Shown piece by piece: positions 11,405 through 24,392 of a stretch of DNA of 64,000 nt (position 1 is its first letter; each line of letters begins with the position of its first letter). The DNA is from Calcarisporiella thermophila CBS 279.70 (lineage: Eukaryota; Fungi; Calcarisporiellomycota): contig NW_027192210.1 in assembly GCF_041956535.1 (NCBI RefSeq), positions 256,021 through 320,020 on the forward strand. The letters are read 5' to 3'. Both the position numbers and the translations under genes were made by a program. The notes under the pieces are model-generated. The model worked only from the letters and a program-made list of their open reading frames with translations, was not told the origin of the DNA and searched no databases.

Positions 11405-14102
11405 CTATGCTTTCTTCTCTTCTATGCCTCGCTTCTCCAGTGTCAGCTCCAGTAGTCTATTCAATCTTGTAATCATGCTCCGGGGATCGTCAAGAACTCC
11501 CGCGGCGCAAAGCGCATTATCATGGATCTATCCATATGGAAAACATTAACAACCCTCCTTTTCAGGAAGAGCACATGGAAAGGGGTCCACTCACCTGTGA
11601 AGCCACCAATTTAGCCAGCTCCGGGTCTTCATTGCGCACGCGATAGAGGCCGCGAATCACTGCATGTTCCCCATTGATCTCAAGGGCAACGGGGCTGGGC
11701 GGGAGGTCGTCTGTGTTTTTTGCGGATCCCGACATCATGGCAAGCATTCCTACATAGCGGATGTTAATCGCTCGAGAAAATATAAGCTTTCCGGAATAAG
11801 GAGAGGACTCGTACTTCGCATGGCAGGGGAATCATGGTCCGTCACAATGGCTGGGTGAGTGACCAAGCGACGCGATACGGTTACTTTCTTAACCGCCTCT
11901 TTGCCGAGGGTATTTTGTAACCACTCGGCTAGCTCCTGACCCTGTTCTTCCGAGAGGCCCTCGGCGCCCTTGTTCGATTCGGAAGCCGCGTTCATGAACT
12001 CATCCTGACTGATGTCCGAGTCGATCGAGACGAGTTTATGGCCATTGAAGTCGCGCAGATGGTTGACGACGAATTCATCGACGTTGTCGTACAAAAAGAG
12101 CCTAGGGTGGGTGGACGAGCGAAAGCAAGGAGGCCAATGATTTAGCAGCCCATAGACAACCACAAGCAAGCAATACACGTATACTCACACCTCCACGCCC
12201 TTCTCCTTGAACTTCTCGAGGTAGGCCGACTCCTCTGCAAACTTGCGCGCCGAAGTGCACAGGTAGTAGATGCTCTTCTGCCCCTCCTTCATCCTCTCCA
12301 CGTAGTCTTTCAGTCCCGAGAGCTCGCCCTTGTTCAGGGTGCTCGTTTCATAGCGCAGGAGCTTGGCAATGTCCTTCTGGTTCACCGGGTCCGTGCACAC
12401 CCCCTCCTTCAAAAAGACCCCAAAGTCGCCCACGAAGTCGGCGTACTTCTTCGGGTCCTGTTTGGCTTCCCCCTCCAGCCAGCTAACAATCCGCCGAGTG
12501 AGCACACGGGACAGCTTTTGCAGCACCCCGTCTTGTAACAGTTCGCGCGACACATTCAGCGGCAAGTCCTCAGCATCGACGACGCCACGAAGGAATCGAA
12601 GCCACTCGGGGAGAAGGCCTTTGCTCTTGGACTGGATAAGGACCTTGCGGGTGTAGAGGCTGACGCCCGGCTCCTGGCGACCAAACCCGGTGCCCAAGAC
12701 CTCCATGTGTCGTTCAGGGACATAGAGGATGGAGCTGATGGCGGGGAAGTCGCTCTTGAAATGAAGCGTGTACAAGGGGGAATCCCACTGCTGCGAAATG
12801 AATTGATAAAACTGGCGGTGTTCATCGGCGGTGACCTCATTCTTAGCCTTGGTCCCTAACATGACAATAAGGGTGAGGACGATGAAGGTGGGAGCAAGGA
12901 TGAAATCAGGAGGGAAACATCATGTTCCGCCTTGGGTGATCATTCAAGAAAAAAAAACGATAAAACGTCACTTACACAGTGCATCCAAGGTATTGACTCT
13001 CTCCTCGTTCAAGTAGATGGGGAAGCCCACAAAATTGCTGTACTTCTTCACGATGGACTCGATCCTGAGCTTGTCCGCGAACTCCATGCAGTCTTCGCGC
13101 AGCTCAATCACAATTTTCGTCCCGACGTCTACTCCGTCCGCCTCGCTTACGGTGTAACTGCCCAACCCATCCGATGCCCATACGTAGCCCTTGGACCCAG
13201 GGGTGGCCGAGCGGGTGTATACGCGGATGTTGGCGCCGACCATAAAGCTCGAATAGAAGCCCACGCCAAACTGACCGATGATCTTATCTTTGGCCGAGGC
13301 CTCGCTGGACTCGAGCTTCTCGAGGAAAGACTTTGAGCCTGAACGCGCGATAGTGCCCAGGTTGTCAATAAGCTCCTCCTCAGTCATTCCCACGCCAGAA
13401 TCCTGATGAAGGGGGGGGGGGAGAGAAGGGGGACTGATTAGTTACTGGGTCGAGGATAAAAAAGCATAACTTCGAAAAGTACCTGGATGGTGAATGTTTT
13501 TGCCTCCTTGTCGACCGAAATCCTAATCTCGAGGGGCCGTGAAGAATCGAGTCCCTGTTGTGTCAGTTGAGCGTGTCGAAGTTTTTCCAAAGCATCAGCT
13601 GCATTGGACACCAGCTCTCTGAATTTCAAAGAATGCATGAAAGCTTATAAGGCATCATGGGTAGAGCAGGGGGATCTTACCGTACAAACACCTCCTTTTC
13701 AGAATAGAGTGAATTGGTCACGATCTGCAACAGTTTTTTGGTCTCTGCCTTGAATTCGTGCTGCATTGGCTGCCCGTTTGCAGTCTCGGCATTGGCCTAT
13801 TTAAGATAAAAAAAAGGCATTAGCAAGTATAGAGGAATTGAATCGAAATGGGCTCTACAGTACCTGCGTTGAATAGGCGCGCAACCCATGTTTGGATCCT
13901 TCGACCCAGGTGGCGGCTGAAGTAGTTCGCGTGATGTAATTACGGAAGATCTATAGGGTCAAGGTTAACCCTCAAAACTCAACCCCATGGTTGAAATCAG
14001 AAAGTATTAAAGACTAGGGAAACTCACGGCTGGATTGGCACGCGGCTGCCTCAATCTCGATGAGGTGGCTCTCAGCGCTGCACGTACAGGGGACAACCAC
14101 AT
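11405..14102 (-). CDS. TRAP1: Mitochondrial Hsp90 (TRAP1/HSP75), multi-exon
   Basis: Arg-rich presequence [13 protein letters not shown]..., [78 protein letters not shown] and LEIN. No charged linker and no C-terminal MEEVD. Confidence 0.93.
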
Positions 14103-15278
14103 GGCGAATGAATGGAATGCTGACCACACACGATGGATTCAACCCGCTCTCCCCGTTGGGAAACAGAAGTTGAAGGAACAAATTTTGTGACTGCTTATTT
14201 ATTCACCAGCCTCGCGCAGTCACGCTGATCCCTCTCATTATCAGGGACGGCCAAAGGGAGATACCCCCCCGTCGGCGTGACAAGAATACACAATGGAGAT
14301 ACGGGCGATAGAGGAGAGGAAGAACAACCATGTTTATCTTGCGTCGGGCCGTAGCCGTATCCGCCCACTTATCGGTGCTCCGCTGTGGCTACGACTGCAT
14401 AGTTGAAAGATCTCGGACAAACTTGGGAGGCGCCCTTCTAGAGGAGCGGTTTTTGAAGGCGTATGTCATGCTGAGATAAAATTGCGCGGGGGAGGGAGGG
14501 GAGGTTAGGCCTCCCTGCCGCATTGCCGTGGTTTCCAAACTCTGCGATTTCCTGCTCGCCGAGAGTTCTTCCTCTTCTCCGCCCCACTCAGACGGGCGGA
14601 TCCCTCCCAACGAAAAAGGAGGGGCCTGCGCATTCCCACGATGCCAGAGCGGAAGGCTAAAGCTTGTCATTGGGGCCGGGCCAAATTGTTTGAAATTAAG
14701 AAACTTTCATGCAGAACCCCGGATAGCCCGGTCATGTCATCGCTCGCGCTCCGCCTCTCCTTGAGATCCCAGCTCGGCTGATATGCTATCGAGAGGCTTT
14801 ATTGAGCCACTGGCTTCATAATAAGATATGGAGCAGAAATGAGATGAGGGGGAACAAAGGAAGTCGTCTCTTCCAAGCGCCTGGTAGCAAAATGAAACAT
14901 AATAATAGCAATAATATCAAACGAGCAACGAAAACCATCACAATATAATGACAATAAGAGCGGCAGAGATTTTTCTTTCTGTGGAGGGACAATCGCTTCT
15001 CTCCCCCTCCTCCGCCTCTATCCACAAAAGTAAACAAAGTACAAAATGGCCGAAAATAAGCTCCAGCCAGCCAACCGAGGCTATCGCGGAGGGCATCGCG
15101 CGGGAGGGGCTGGGAGAGGCCGGACGCAAAAATATACGAATGAGAATATGGAATAAAGTAATAATAAGAGAAAAGAAGAAATGGGAGCGTAGGAGGATGG
15201 AGAGATTGATAAGAAGGTCTATTGCAATCGAGAATAAGAACGAGATAGCAACATGATAAATACAGCTATTATATAATA

Positions 15279-16707
15279 CTATAGACAATGAATATATCCG
15301 ACTCCTCCGCCCTTGTCATCGGCGCCCAGCAGTGGGTACTCGATCATCTCCGGAGGAATGGGGAAAAGCGAGGGAGAGGAGGCGGCACTGGGGAGCCCGA
15401 ACCCGTTGCAGCTCGCGTCCAGGGGCCAGTCGGTGCAGGACGAGAACTGGTCTCGCCCGAAGGAGCCAAAGACGGGGGAGGCGTCGGGAGGCGTCACCAT
15501 CCCGAAGGGATCGTCGTCGTCGGAGATGGTTAGACTGGGTGCGGAGATGGGGGGGAATAGAGCGGGGACGAAGGGCTGTTGATCGGGGGAATAGAGATCG
15601 GCGCCGACTTGCACGAGCTCATCTCCGACGGGAGCGAGCTGGAGTGAGTCGAAGGAGGGGGCGGATTCGGTGCGGGGGCGCTTGGCCGCCCTTTCCACGA
15701 GCCCATGCTCCTCTGTCGTCTCCTCTTCCTGCTTCCCCCCCCCCCCTCCCCTCCTCCTCCTCCTCCTCCTTCGACTCAGCCTCGACAAGGGCATCGCTTG
15801 GCTTCGAGACATCTGGGCCGCGCGGGTCGCATTTCAAGGATAAGCCCCGAGCCTCATCCTCGCGCTTCGCCGGGCGCCCACAAAAGGAGGCGTACTTGCG
15901 CGCGTGCTTCTCAGCCACAAACCGCTCGATCTCCTCCAGCTGCTGCTGGTTCTCCATCACCTTCCCGCTCAGCGTCTTCACCACGGGCACCAGCCGCTGC
16001 ACAATGATCCCGACGCTGTTCAGGTCGCGCTGCAGGCCCCTGACAAGCTCCTTTAAGCCGCCCATCTCCTCCTCCGCCTCCTCCTCCGCCTCCTCCTCCG
16101 CCTCCTCCTCCTCTTCCCCGCCGCCCTCCCGCGCATCATACGCGGCGTGCAGCGGCGACGTGGGGGGGGTCGGCTTGCTCTTCTTGCGCTTGCGGACCTG
16201 GGCGCGGCGCCGGATTTTACATAAAAGGTCAAACCGCCCCTTCTTGAAATAGGGGTGGGTGAAAATGCACGCGGTCTGGCTGTGGCGTTGCTTGCGGCCG
16301 TCGGAAACGCGCGAAAACCCGTATATCTATCCAAATGGAGGCATCGGTTATCCAGATAGCTCCCCTATCACACTCACACAAGCAGAGGGCCTACATTCAG
16401 CTGCCGGACAAACGACGCAAACTTGGAGTGCTTGAAGTACCGCGGGAGCACATTCGCGGCGAATTCCGCGGTGTGGTCGATGAAGAAGGACGAGCCCGAG
16501 TCGTCCCACGAGATGAATTCCTCGTACTCGCCGGAATCTAGGAGTCTGTAGAAATGGAAGGGGTAAGCGCAATGGCGTCAGGGCTTCATGCAGCGCAGCC
16601 ATGGCTGTGGAATGCAGAACGTACTGATATAGCTTGGCCACGAACACCGAGACAATGTCGCCGGGCTCGCCGTCGCAGGCGGGCTCCAGCGGGTCCAGCG
16701 TGGCCAT
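15279..16707 (-). CDS. HSF-type DNA-binding transcription factor (apparent +1 frameshift at a G12 tract)
   Basis: FVAKLYQ|LLDSGEYEEFISWDDSGSSF..LPRYFKHSKFASFVRQLN|IYGFSRV..FTHPYFKKG is an HSF DBD, followed by a coiled coil. As assembled the frame stops at 15619; removing one G extends it to 15279. Confidence 0.9.
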
Positions 16708-17757
16708 GGGGGGTAAATGAGGGGCCGGGGGAGGGAAGGAGAGGGCGGGCGGATTGGCGGGCGTTTTAATGCGCGACATGGTCGCTGTGGTTCAGGCCGA
16801 TGCTGTGGGTAGAACACCAGGGGGATTGGTAGGGACACAACGAGATGGCTGCGGGCCAAATGGCTAGTGCGGATAAAACGGGCGCGGCCGAAATGGCAGA
16901 AAGGAAAAAGCCCGAGTCTACTGAAGAGGCAGAGAGAGAGAGGGAAAAAGGAAACCTTATGCATTTAAACAAAGGTGCTACAAGAAAGTGAAGGGGCAGC
17001 CGATACACAGCACACCGTTGCACCTCGTCGTGCGCCCATTGGCCAGGAGCTGGCGAATATGGTGGCAAATTTCTGGTCAAAGAGGGAGGATTTCTCGCGC
17101 GAGTTTGAGATAAAGCAGATAATGGGCGATAGCACGAAAAACTTTCTCAGAGGCTCGGGAGAAATGCGGGCGAGCGAAGGGCCTCGGTTCCGATCCCGGT
17201 CCCCCCGCCCGCCCACTCCCCCTCCTCGCCCCCGCCCGCGGTCTGAATCCTCCATCCATGCTGTGTGGGTTATAAATAGGCCTGCCCGCGTGCAAGAACA
17301 TTGCGCCGGTTTATTCATGATGCAATAGGAAGAAACACCCCAAGTCGAGCAGCAAGCCCTCGACACGGCCACGCAGAGAAGGGGGAGGGCCTGCGGGGCT
17401 CACCAGAAGCTAGTCACAGGGGGGGCTTGCCAAAGAATAAAGCCCGAGCCCCCTGCTACAAACAGAGCCCTGCCCCCCATTGGCCGTTCCACGCCTAATA
17501 GTACAAGAAATGACAACAAAAAAATCAAAGTAACAAGGTTTGCTTTTCAAAGGAACGTGAGCCGCTTGGTAAAACTGAATGTAACAATACGAGGCAAGAT
17601 AGAGAAAATGGAGGGGGGGGGGGGAGGAAGGGAAGGAGAGGGGGGAAACAATTAGATCGAAGACTAATAACAACTAATAAAGACGAATAAAAACAAAACG
17701 GCAATCTTTAACCAGCCACCGCATAATAAGCCCAAAACAAGCGCGGCCTCGTCCACG

Positions 17758-20437
17758 TCATGTCGAAACGGGGGACGCGGCGGCAGGAGCACCACTGGGT
17801 GGCGGCGGGCCACTGTTAGGATCGGAGGGGGCGACGATGTATTTGCCCGAGACCACCCGCCTCTCCACCCTGCTCTCGCCGTCTCCGCCCCGGAGCAGCT
17901 CGGCCGCCACGCCGCTCACCAATCTCCCCTCGGCCGACGCCCACTTAACCGCAATCGGCGCAGGCTTGCTCTGCCCCTCCACCACAAACCGCGCCATCAG
18001 TCGGCCCTCGGTCAGCTCGGCCGTGTCCACGCGCCAGAGCATCTTTTGTCGTTCGGGGTTCCACACCCCCTGGGGCCGACTCTGCACCTGCCCCTTTTGC
18101 ACCCCGCCGTCAACCGGCACCAGGAACGCCAGCTCGCTTAGGGTCCAGTCGGGACGCAGCTTCCAGTCAACGAGCAGGCTGGTCACCCCCGCCTCGCACC
18201 GCCAAATACTCCTGATCTCGATGGGCAGGTAGGGATCGGTGTGGTCAGGGGTGGCGTGCACTTGGTACTTGATCGCGGCCTGCAGGCCCGCAGCGGGGTG
18301 GGGCGTGAACTGGTACCCGTCGCCCGCCTCGGCAATAAACGCCGGATTGGGGACGATCTTGTCCAGGGCGGTCTCCGCGGCGTCGAGGCGGAACTGCACC
18401 GGCTCTGCCGCAGAGAGATTCACCTCGCCCGTGACGAGCACGCGTGACACGGACCCATCCTCCGTCGTCAGCAGATTCACCGTCTCCGTGATGCCAACCA
18501 CGACGCCCCCCACGTGGGGGCCGTGGCCATTAGCAGGGCCAGCCCCCGCCGGCCCGTTCCCGAGCGAGGCGGGCGCCTCATAGGAGAACGGCGACGGGGG
18601 GGCCAACCCGCCCGCCGCCTCCTTCTCGGACCCCCCGCTCCCATCCGTAATCGACATCCCCGGGCTGATGACCAGCGATGTGTCGCCAATAAAGCTGGCC
18701 GTGTTCCGATAATCCCGTCGGCCTCTGCGCCTGCTGACGGTGGGCGAGCGGCTGGCCTGAAGCATGGACTTGACGCGTGTTAGCGCATTGCTCGCATCGT
18801 CAGTGTTTTCGGACGTCACCTGCGGCTTGATTTCGACCCGCATCCTCCCGCCCATCCCCAGGCTCATTGTGTCGGACTCGTCGTCGCCATCGCCGTCGCT
18901 TCCGATGTGCGAGGCGTGGTCCCAGGGCTTGCGATCCGCCGAGGGAGGAGGGATCGAGTATCCCTCCTCATCCACCGTCACCCGGGGGATATCGCCTGGG
19001 GTGTGGAGGAGGGAGGGGGCCCTCGCTTCCGTCGCCTCTGGGCCGTCCCAAGCCCCGGCGGAAGCCGTGGCCGTTTCGCCCGATGGCTCTGCCCCCGTCG
19101 CGGTGGCATCTTCCAGAGCGGGCATCGAGAGAGAAGGAGGCTGCTCTGGTTCATCGTTCGTGTGCATGGCGGTGAACCCCCCGATCCTTGCGTGGGAGGA
19201 ATCGTGCCCACCCGAGTGATCGCTCATCGAGGTATACTGGGTCGAGGTTGACTTTCTCCGGCGGCGGAAAGTGCCTAGCGCGTTCCTCAAGCCAGAGCGC
19301 TCCTTGACATGGTCCTCGGACGTCGAGGGGGTGAGCGATTGGGGGGGAGAGTGTGGCATCGACTGGGACTGCTGGAGCCTGGGGAGGGCGTCGAACGAGG
19401 AGCAAAATCTCTCAATTTCGGCTGGAATGTCAAACTCGAGGAGTGCCGAGGTAATCGTGTCGGCCGCCTGTAACCAGGGGGAGAGGAGGGGAAGAAAGGT
19501 GAGCAACATAGATGCACGTGGACACGGCTAAGCGGACTAACTAACCGAAATACGCTTCATCAACTGTTCGGATTGAATTTGCTCGAACCGCTCCACCATC
19601 TCCTTAAGATTCGCGAGCCGTGCCTCATCTACTAGCTGGAATTTTTGAAGGATAAGCGGGGCCTCTGCGCTCCATGAATCTCGAACCCCTTGCAGGCTGT
19701 GAGTTGAATTGGAGAGCTTGAGGCTAGCCGCCTCATGCTTCGCAGAGTTAGCCGTTTTATCAAGCGCCTTCTGGTGCTGTGAGTGTTTGCAAGGGGAGGG
19801 GAGGGGAGAGGAAGAGTTAGAAGGCGAGGGCATAAGCAGAACGGAAAAAGCCCCAAGCTGTGACCTCTGGGCTCTGCTGCTCCAAATATTATTACCTTTT
19901 GAACCTTGGCTAGCCAGTCATCGTACTCTCTAACCAGAGAAAATGTCGCACAATCGTACATTTTCAATCCTGCCCATTCTGCATTCCCTACCTGGGCCCT
20001 TAATGATCTCTCTACCTCATCCATGATCATTTTCCCCATTTGCGTGTGGACATTGGCCATTTCCCCTATCTCTTTGTGCAGTAAATCCCAAATCGTGGCA
20101 AACGTCCCGAGCGCGCCACGATCAGTGATAAAGGATTTTTTGGCAAGCTTTTGGAGCGATTTTGCATACATCTCTTCGATGAGAGCACGTTCATGGAAAT
20201 AGTTGGCCAGCTCTTCATGGAGGATCTTTGCCTTGCGTAGGCGAGACTGGAGCGGCTCGAGGCCATCTCTCGGCCGATCCGTCTAAAAAATACAGGAATT
20301 AGTGGGTGAGTAGAGGAATATGAATGTTTTGCCCATCCTCCATTTCTTCTTCTCAGACACGCTGAGGCCCATTAGGCCTGAAATCCTAACAGTCATCTAG
20401 AATAGAGTATTACCATAAACGTCTCAACATAGCCCAT
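17758..20437 (-). CDS. SYP1: Muniscin: F-BAR plus C-terminal mu-homology domain endocytic adaptor (Syp1/FCHo)
   Basis: MGYVETFM|TDRPRDGLEPLQSRLRKAKILHEELANYFHERALIEEMYAKSLQKL (F-BAR), VDEEGYSIPPP, and ITETVN..VTGEV..SRPQGVWN..SGKY (muHD). Confidence 0.9.
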
Positions 20438-20667
20438 GATGATTAGTAACGCTTTAAGTATAGTTTCCCTCCCAGGGGGATTTAGAATCGGAAGATTGAA
20501 GAGCCGCGAAGGTAAGTAACAGCAATTAGTGGGAAAAACAGGTGAGAAGAGATGGGGTAGAACAAAAATGTAATCGAGTTGGAAATATGGAATAGCGTTT
20601 AGAATAAAGAAATACAAAATGTTAACTCAAAATAACGGTGGCTTGCCCATTCCATAGACAAAAAAAG

Positions 20668-20673
20668 ACGCGT
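20668..20673. promoter_or_regulatory. MCB-like element (ACGCGT) in the SYP1/ORC5 divergent promoter
   Basis: GACGCGTAAAAA lies ~85 nt upstream of the ORC5 ATG. Confidence 0.45.
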
Positions 20674-20758
20674 AAAAAGCTTTAGATCTTGAAACTTGTC
20701 AAGCTTAAATTTTGGCTTCGATCCAGATTGAAACGGCCGCTATATAGGTTTAGACGTC

Positions 20759-22523
20759 ATGACTGACGCCCTCATCCACGAGCTAAATGAACTGTTTCCT
20801 GGGCGGTCTAAGCAGATTGAGACATTGCACCGCTTACTAGGAGAGGTAATGGTGGAGCTCTTTCTATTTATGCATTCCCATATTTTCGTGACCGATGTTT
20901 CTTCTTAGCCATCGGATGTCACTCCACCCGCCATTTTTATCTACGGCCACTCATCCTCTGGCAAAACCACGGTTCTAAAACACCTTCTCGCACGCTCGCT
21001 TCCTCGAAACCAATTCGCGTTTATCAACTGTATAGAACGTCACACGCCGCGCCTCATCTACGAGCATGCACTCAACCAGTTAACGGGAACCCAACCCCGG
21101 CATGAAAACGACTATTGTGGATACACCCGATGCGAGTATTTCGACGATTTTGTAAGATTCTTGAAAGATGCATGCGGTGATGGAGTCGAGACACGATACT
21201 TGGTGTTTGATCGAGCGGAGCGTTTGAGAGATATGGCACCCACCTTCTTGCCCGCTCTTCTTAAACTTCCGGAACTGGTATTGTATATTCGCATGCGGAT
21301 CCCGCACACTGAGTTCCACGTTGCTATCTCAACAATGTACTTATTGCTTCCCCCCCCCCCCTTCACTAGACCGGGAAAAACCTCTGCGTCATCCTCATCT
21401 CTTCAGTCGTCTGGGAAAAGTTCCGCGCCAAGACCGGGTCCTATGAGCCCTACCTTTTGCACTTCACAGACTACACCAAGCAGGATATTGCACAGATCCT
21501 CGCCAAAGACTGCCCTCCTGACCAGGATGTAGCGTTCTTCCTGCAATTTGTTGATGTGGTGTACGACGTATTCCACAAGAATTGCAAGGATCTGAATGAA
21601 CTGAGACACTTGGTCGCCTTGCTCTTTCCTGTGTACGTGCAACCGGTGCTGGACTCCCGGGGTAGGATTGGTCTTACGCTACTCGGTTGTTTTCCCCCGT
21701 AACCAATTGTATCCAAACCTTTTAGTTCAGAAAACAGAGCATATCAAACTCTTTAAAATGGCACAGGAATATTTCGCGGAGGCGACCGACAAGCTGTATC
21801 TCCGCGAAATCTCCAGCGCCGAGTGGGTCAAACGCCCGCCCAATGCACCCTCCTCCACTCTTCGAGAGGTAACGGCGGCCAATGCTGGGTGTGAGTGTTC
21901 GAGCTGCTTCTTTCGTCGAGGATGCTTTGCCTTAACTCTTTTCCGATGACCATGTTTCTAGCGGGGGTCGAACTCCCCTACTACACAAAATTCCTCCTGA
22001 TCTCCTCCTACATCGCTTCCTACAATCCCCCGCGGCTGGACATGCGCTACTTTGCCAAGGGGCGAGAGGAAAGGAAGGGGAAGGGGAAGCAGCGAAAGGA
22101 GCCCCAAACCGGTGGAAAGGTGCATTTTGAATTCTCCCCCTCTTGCCCCGGAATGACGTGTGTTTAATCGGATTTCTTCTTCATTAGCTGAGACAGCAGC
22201 TGTTGGGTCCAAAAGCTTTTCCGGTGGAGCGCATGCTTGCCATATTCTACAGCATCATCGAGGACCCGATTGACAACACGGTCGACATCCAAACACAGGT
22301 AAGCCCGTCTGCAAACACAAGAAGCCATCCCTATTCACCTCTCAACCGTGGCGCTTGTGCATAGATATCCTCTCTTGTCTCTCTCCGCCTTCTAATCAGA
22401 GTCACCAGCATGGACAGACTTGACACCATGAAACTCAAGTGCAACGCGAGCTTTGAGCTCGTCCGACAGCTCGCCCGCAGCTTACGATTCGACATAGAGC
22501 GATATTTGTATGATTTTTATTAG
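20759..22523 (+). CDS. ORC5: Origin recognition complex subunit 5 (multi-exon)
   Basis: [20 protein letters not shown], Walker [65 protein letters not shown] and [11 protein letters not shown]. Confidence 0.96.
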
Positions 22524-22686
22524 AGCTTGGTTCTTATCTTCATTGTCAATTGTACATAGTATCTTCTCTCTCAATACAATTCAAGGAGGGATTGGCTCCG
22601 ACCCGATCCACTCCACCCCCTCTCCTCCTACCACAGGATGCACCCCGTGTCGCCTAGGGCACAAAAAGCCCCCGCGGCCGCGAAGG

Positions 22687-24055
22687 CTAGCTCCACCAAT
22701 AGGCCATAATTCTATCGCTATGGCGCCACAAGAATATCAACCCTGCCCCTATGGCTATGAATAGGGGCGTCTTCTCCTGCAATGGCTTCAAGCGCTCGCC
22801 CAATAAGTCCACCATCAAGGACACTTGAGCCGGAGCATAACCCATACAAACGCAGACGCAAAAGCAAAAGCAAAAAAAAAAAAGCAAAGCAAAAAGCATT
22901 GTTAGTCATTCTCGATGGATCACACGTCCCTCCCTCCCCAACTTACATCCATTTAGTAGCATGGCACCCCGACCGAGCCCCCTTCTTACCCCAAGCTGCC
23001 GTTCCTCTTCCACTTGCAAATCGCGCATTAATGCCACGGTGAAGAGCACCGACGACTTTGCCTCCTCAAGCACTGCATTTCGATCCATGGGTAGCGTGTC
23101 CAAGGTCTCGCTGTAAGATTTACGGAACGCGACGAGATTGGGAATGTGTGGGAAATGGTACATGAGGGTCCCAGGGGTGGGGGGCGGAGGAAGGCCGAAC
23201 GCCTTGGAGATACGCTTTGCAAGGGCAGGTCCATCTTGCGATAAGAGCGAAAGATTCGATATGCGTTATCAGCACATTACCATAATAGTCAAAGATTTCA
23301 GACGTACTTGTGAGATCGTTTAGATAACGGATCACGATGTAGGCGATCAGATAAGAGGGATCCTTGTCCGCTGCTTTATGGATGGTCTCAACGTATCTCT
23401 CCGTTGCCGGAGACATCGTCTTGACCCTCTCCTTCCATTTGTCACCGTAATAGAACTCGAGGTCTGAAATGAAGCCGAAAGTCGAGTTAGAAACAAAAAA
23501 AAAATAGCTGAAGAAAAAGGGGAGAGGCGAGCTGGCAGAAGGGGATTTCAACCTTTTTCTATCTGAGCCACGCGTGAGAGTTCATACGGATAGTAAAGAG
23601 GTTTGATGCAGGGATGCTCTTGGTGTCGGTCGAGCTCTTCCTCAAGCGCACTGGACAATTAGGTTTAGCCGCTAGAACCTTGCTACGAGCTAAATAAACC
23701 AACGCCGGGTCACTTACCGATAGATGTGATATTGATAAATATAGTAGACGGCAAAGACCTCACGGGTAAACTGCATAGAAGTGAACTTCCTATCGTCGCG
23801 AGAAGCGGAAAAGAGAGTGGGCGGGAGGGTGAGCAGCAAAAAACCTAAAAAACAGGCCCTTAGCAAGAGGGCAAGGGAGCACTTTACATGAATATGGCAA
23901 TGTCCTCTTGGGTTATGTTTTTCCTCTCCTCCTCAGCCATTTTGAAGAAGAGCTTCATGAAGCTCTTGTCGTCCGCTAACATAACGGAACAAGAAAACGG
24001 TCAATATGGCCATCCTCCTGAAATAAGAGCAGGGTGAAGCACTACTTTGAGACAT
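22687..24055 (-). CDS. Heme-oxygenase-fold protein with C-terminal membrane anchor; catalytic residues altered
   Basis: Spliced: YHIYRALEEELDRHQEHPCIKPLYYPYELSRVAQIEKDLEFYYGDKW, PATERYV, LIAYIVIRYLNDLT|NGPALAKRISKAFGLP, YHFPHIPNLVAFRKSY, and a last exon ...FIAIGAGLIFLW..* (tail anchor). Confidence 0.88.
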
Positions 24056-24392
24056 AATTGAGGTGGTTTGACAGGCAAGCTATGAAATTTTGGGAGACTT
24101 TTCTTTACTGTTTTCGTGAAGGGTATTTAAGCTCGAGCTGAAGAAGAAAAAAAAAGGTGGGGTGATGTTTGAGTAGGGACATTCTTTTTTCCCCAAGCAG
24201 TCACACGAGCCGGACACACGGAGCAACAAATAGATCTGATTGTGGAGCGGAGAGTTTTAGAATGGGTTCACAGGAACAAAAGCCTAAATCACTAGCATAT
24301 GCACATGCGCCAATGATAAAGTGGAAGACAATGGAGATAGGAGAAGACGAAAAACATGTACAAGCTTATATACACAGAAATGCAGGCGATCC

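Noticed and set aside
23161-23200. Suspected frameshift in the HO-like gene at the G/C run
   Set aside because: On recount the frame reads FGLPPPPTPGTLMYHF continuously.
23790-23887. Internal AG|GT in an HO intron (recursive splice site or micro-exon)
   Set aside because: Weak donor (GTTTTT); a single 98-nt intron already keeps the frame.
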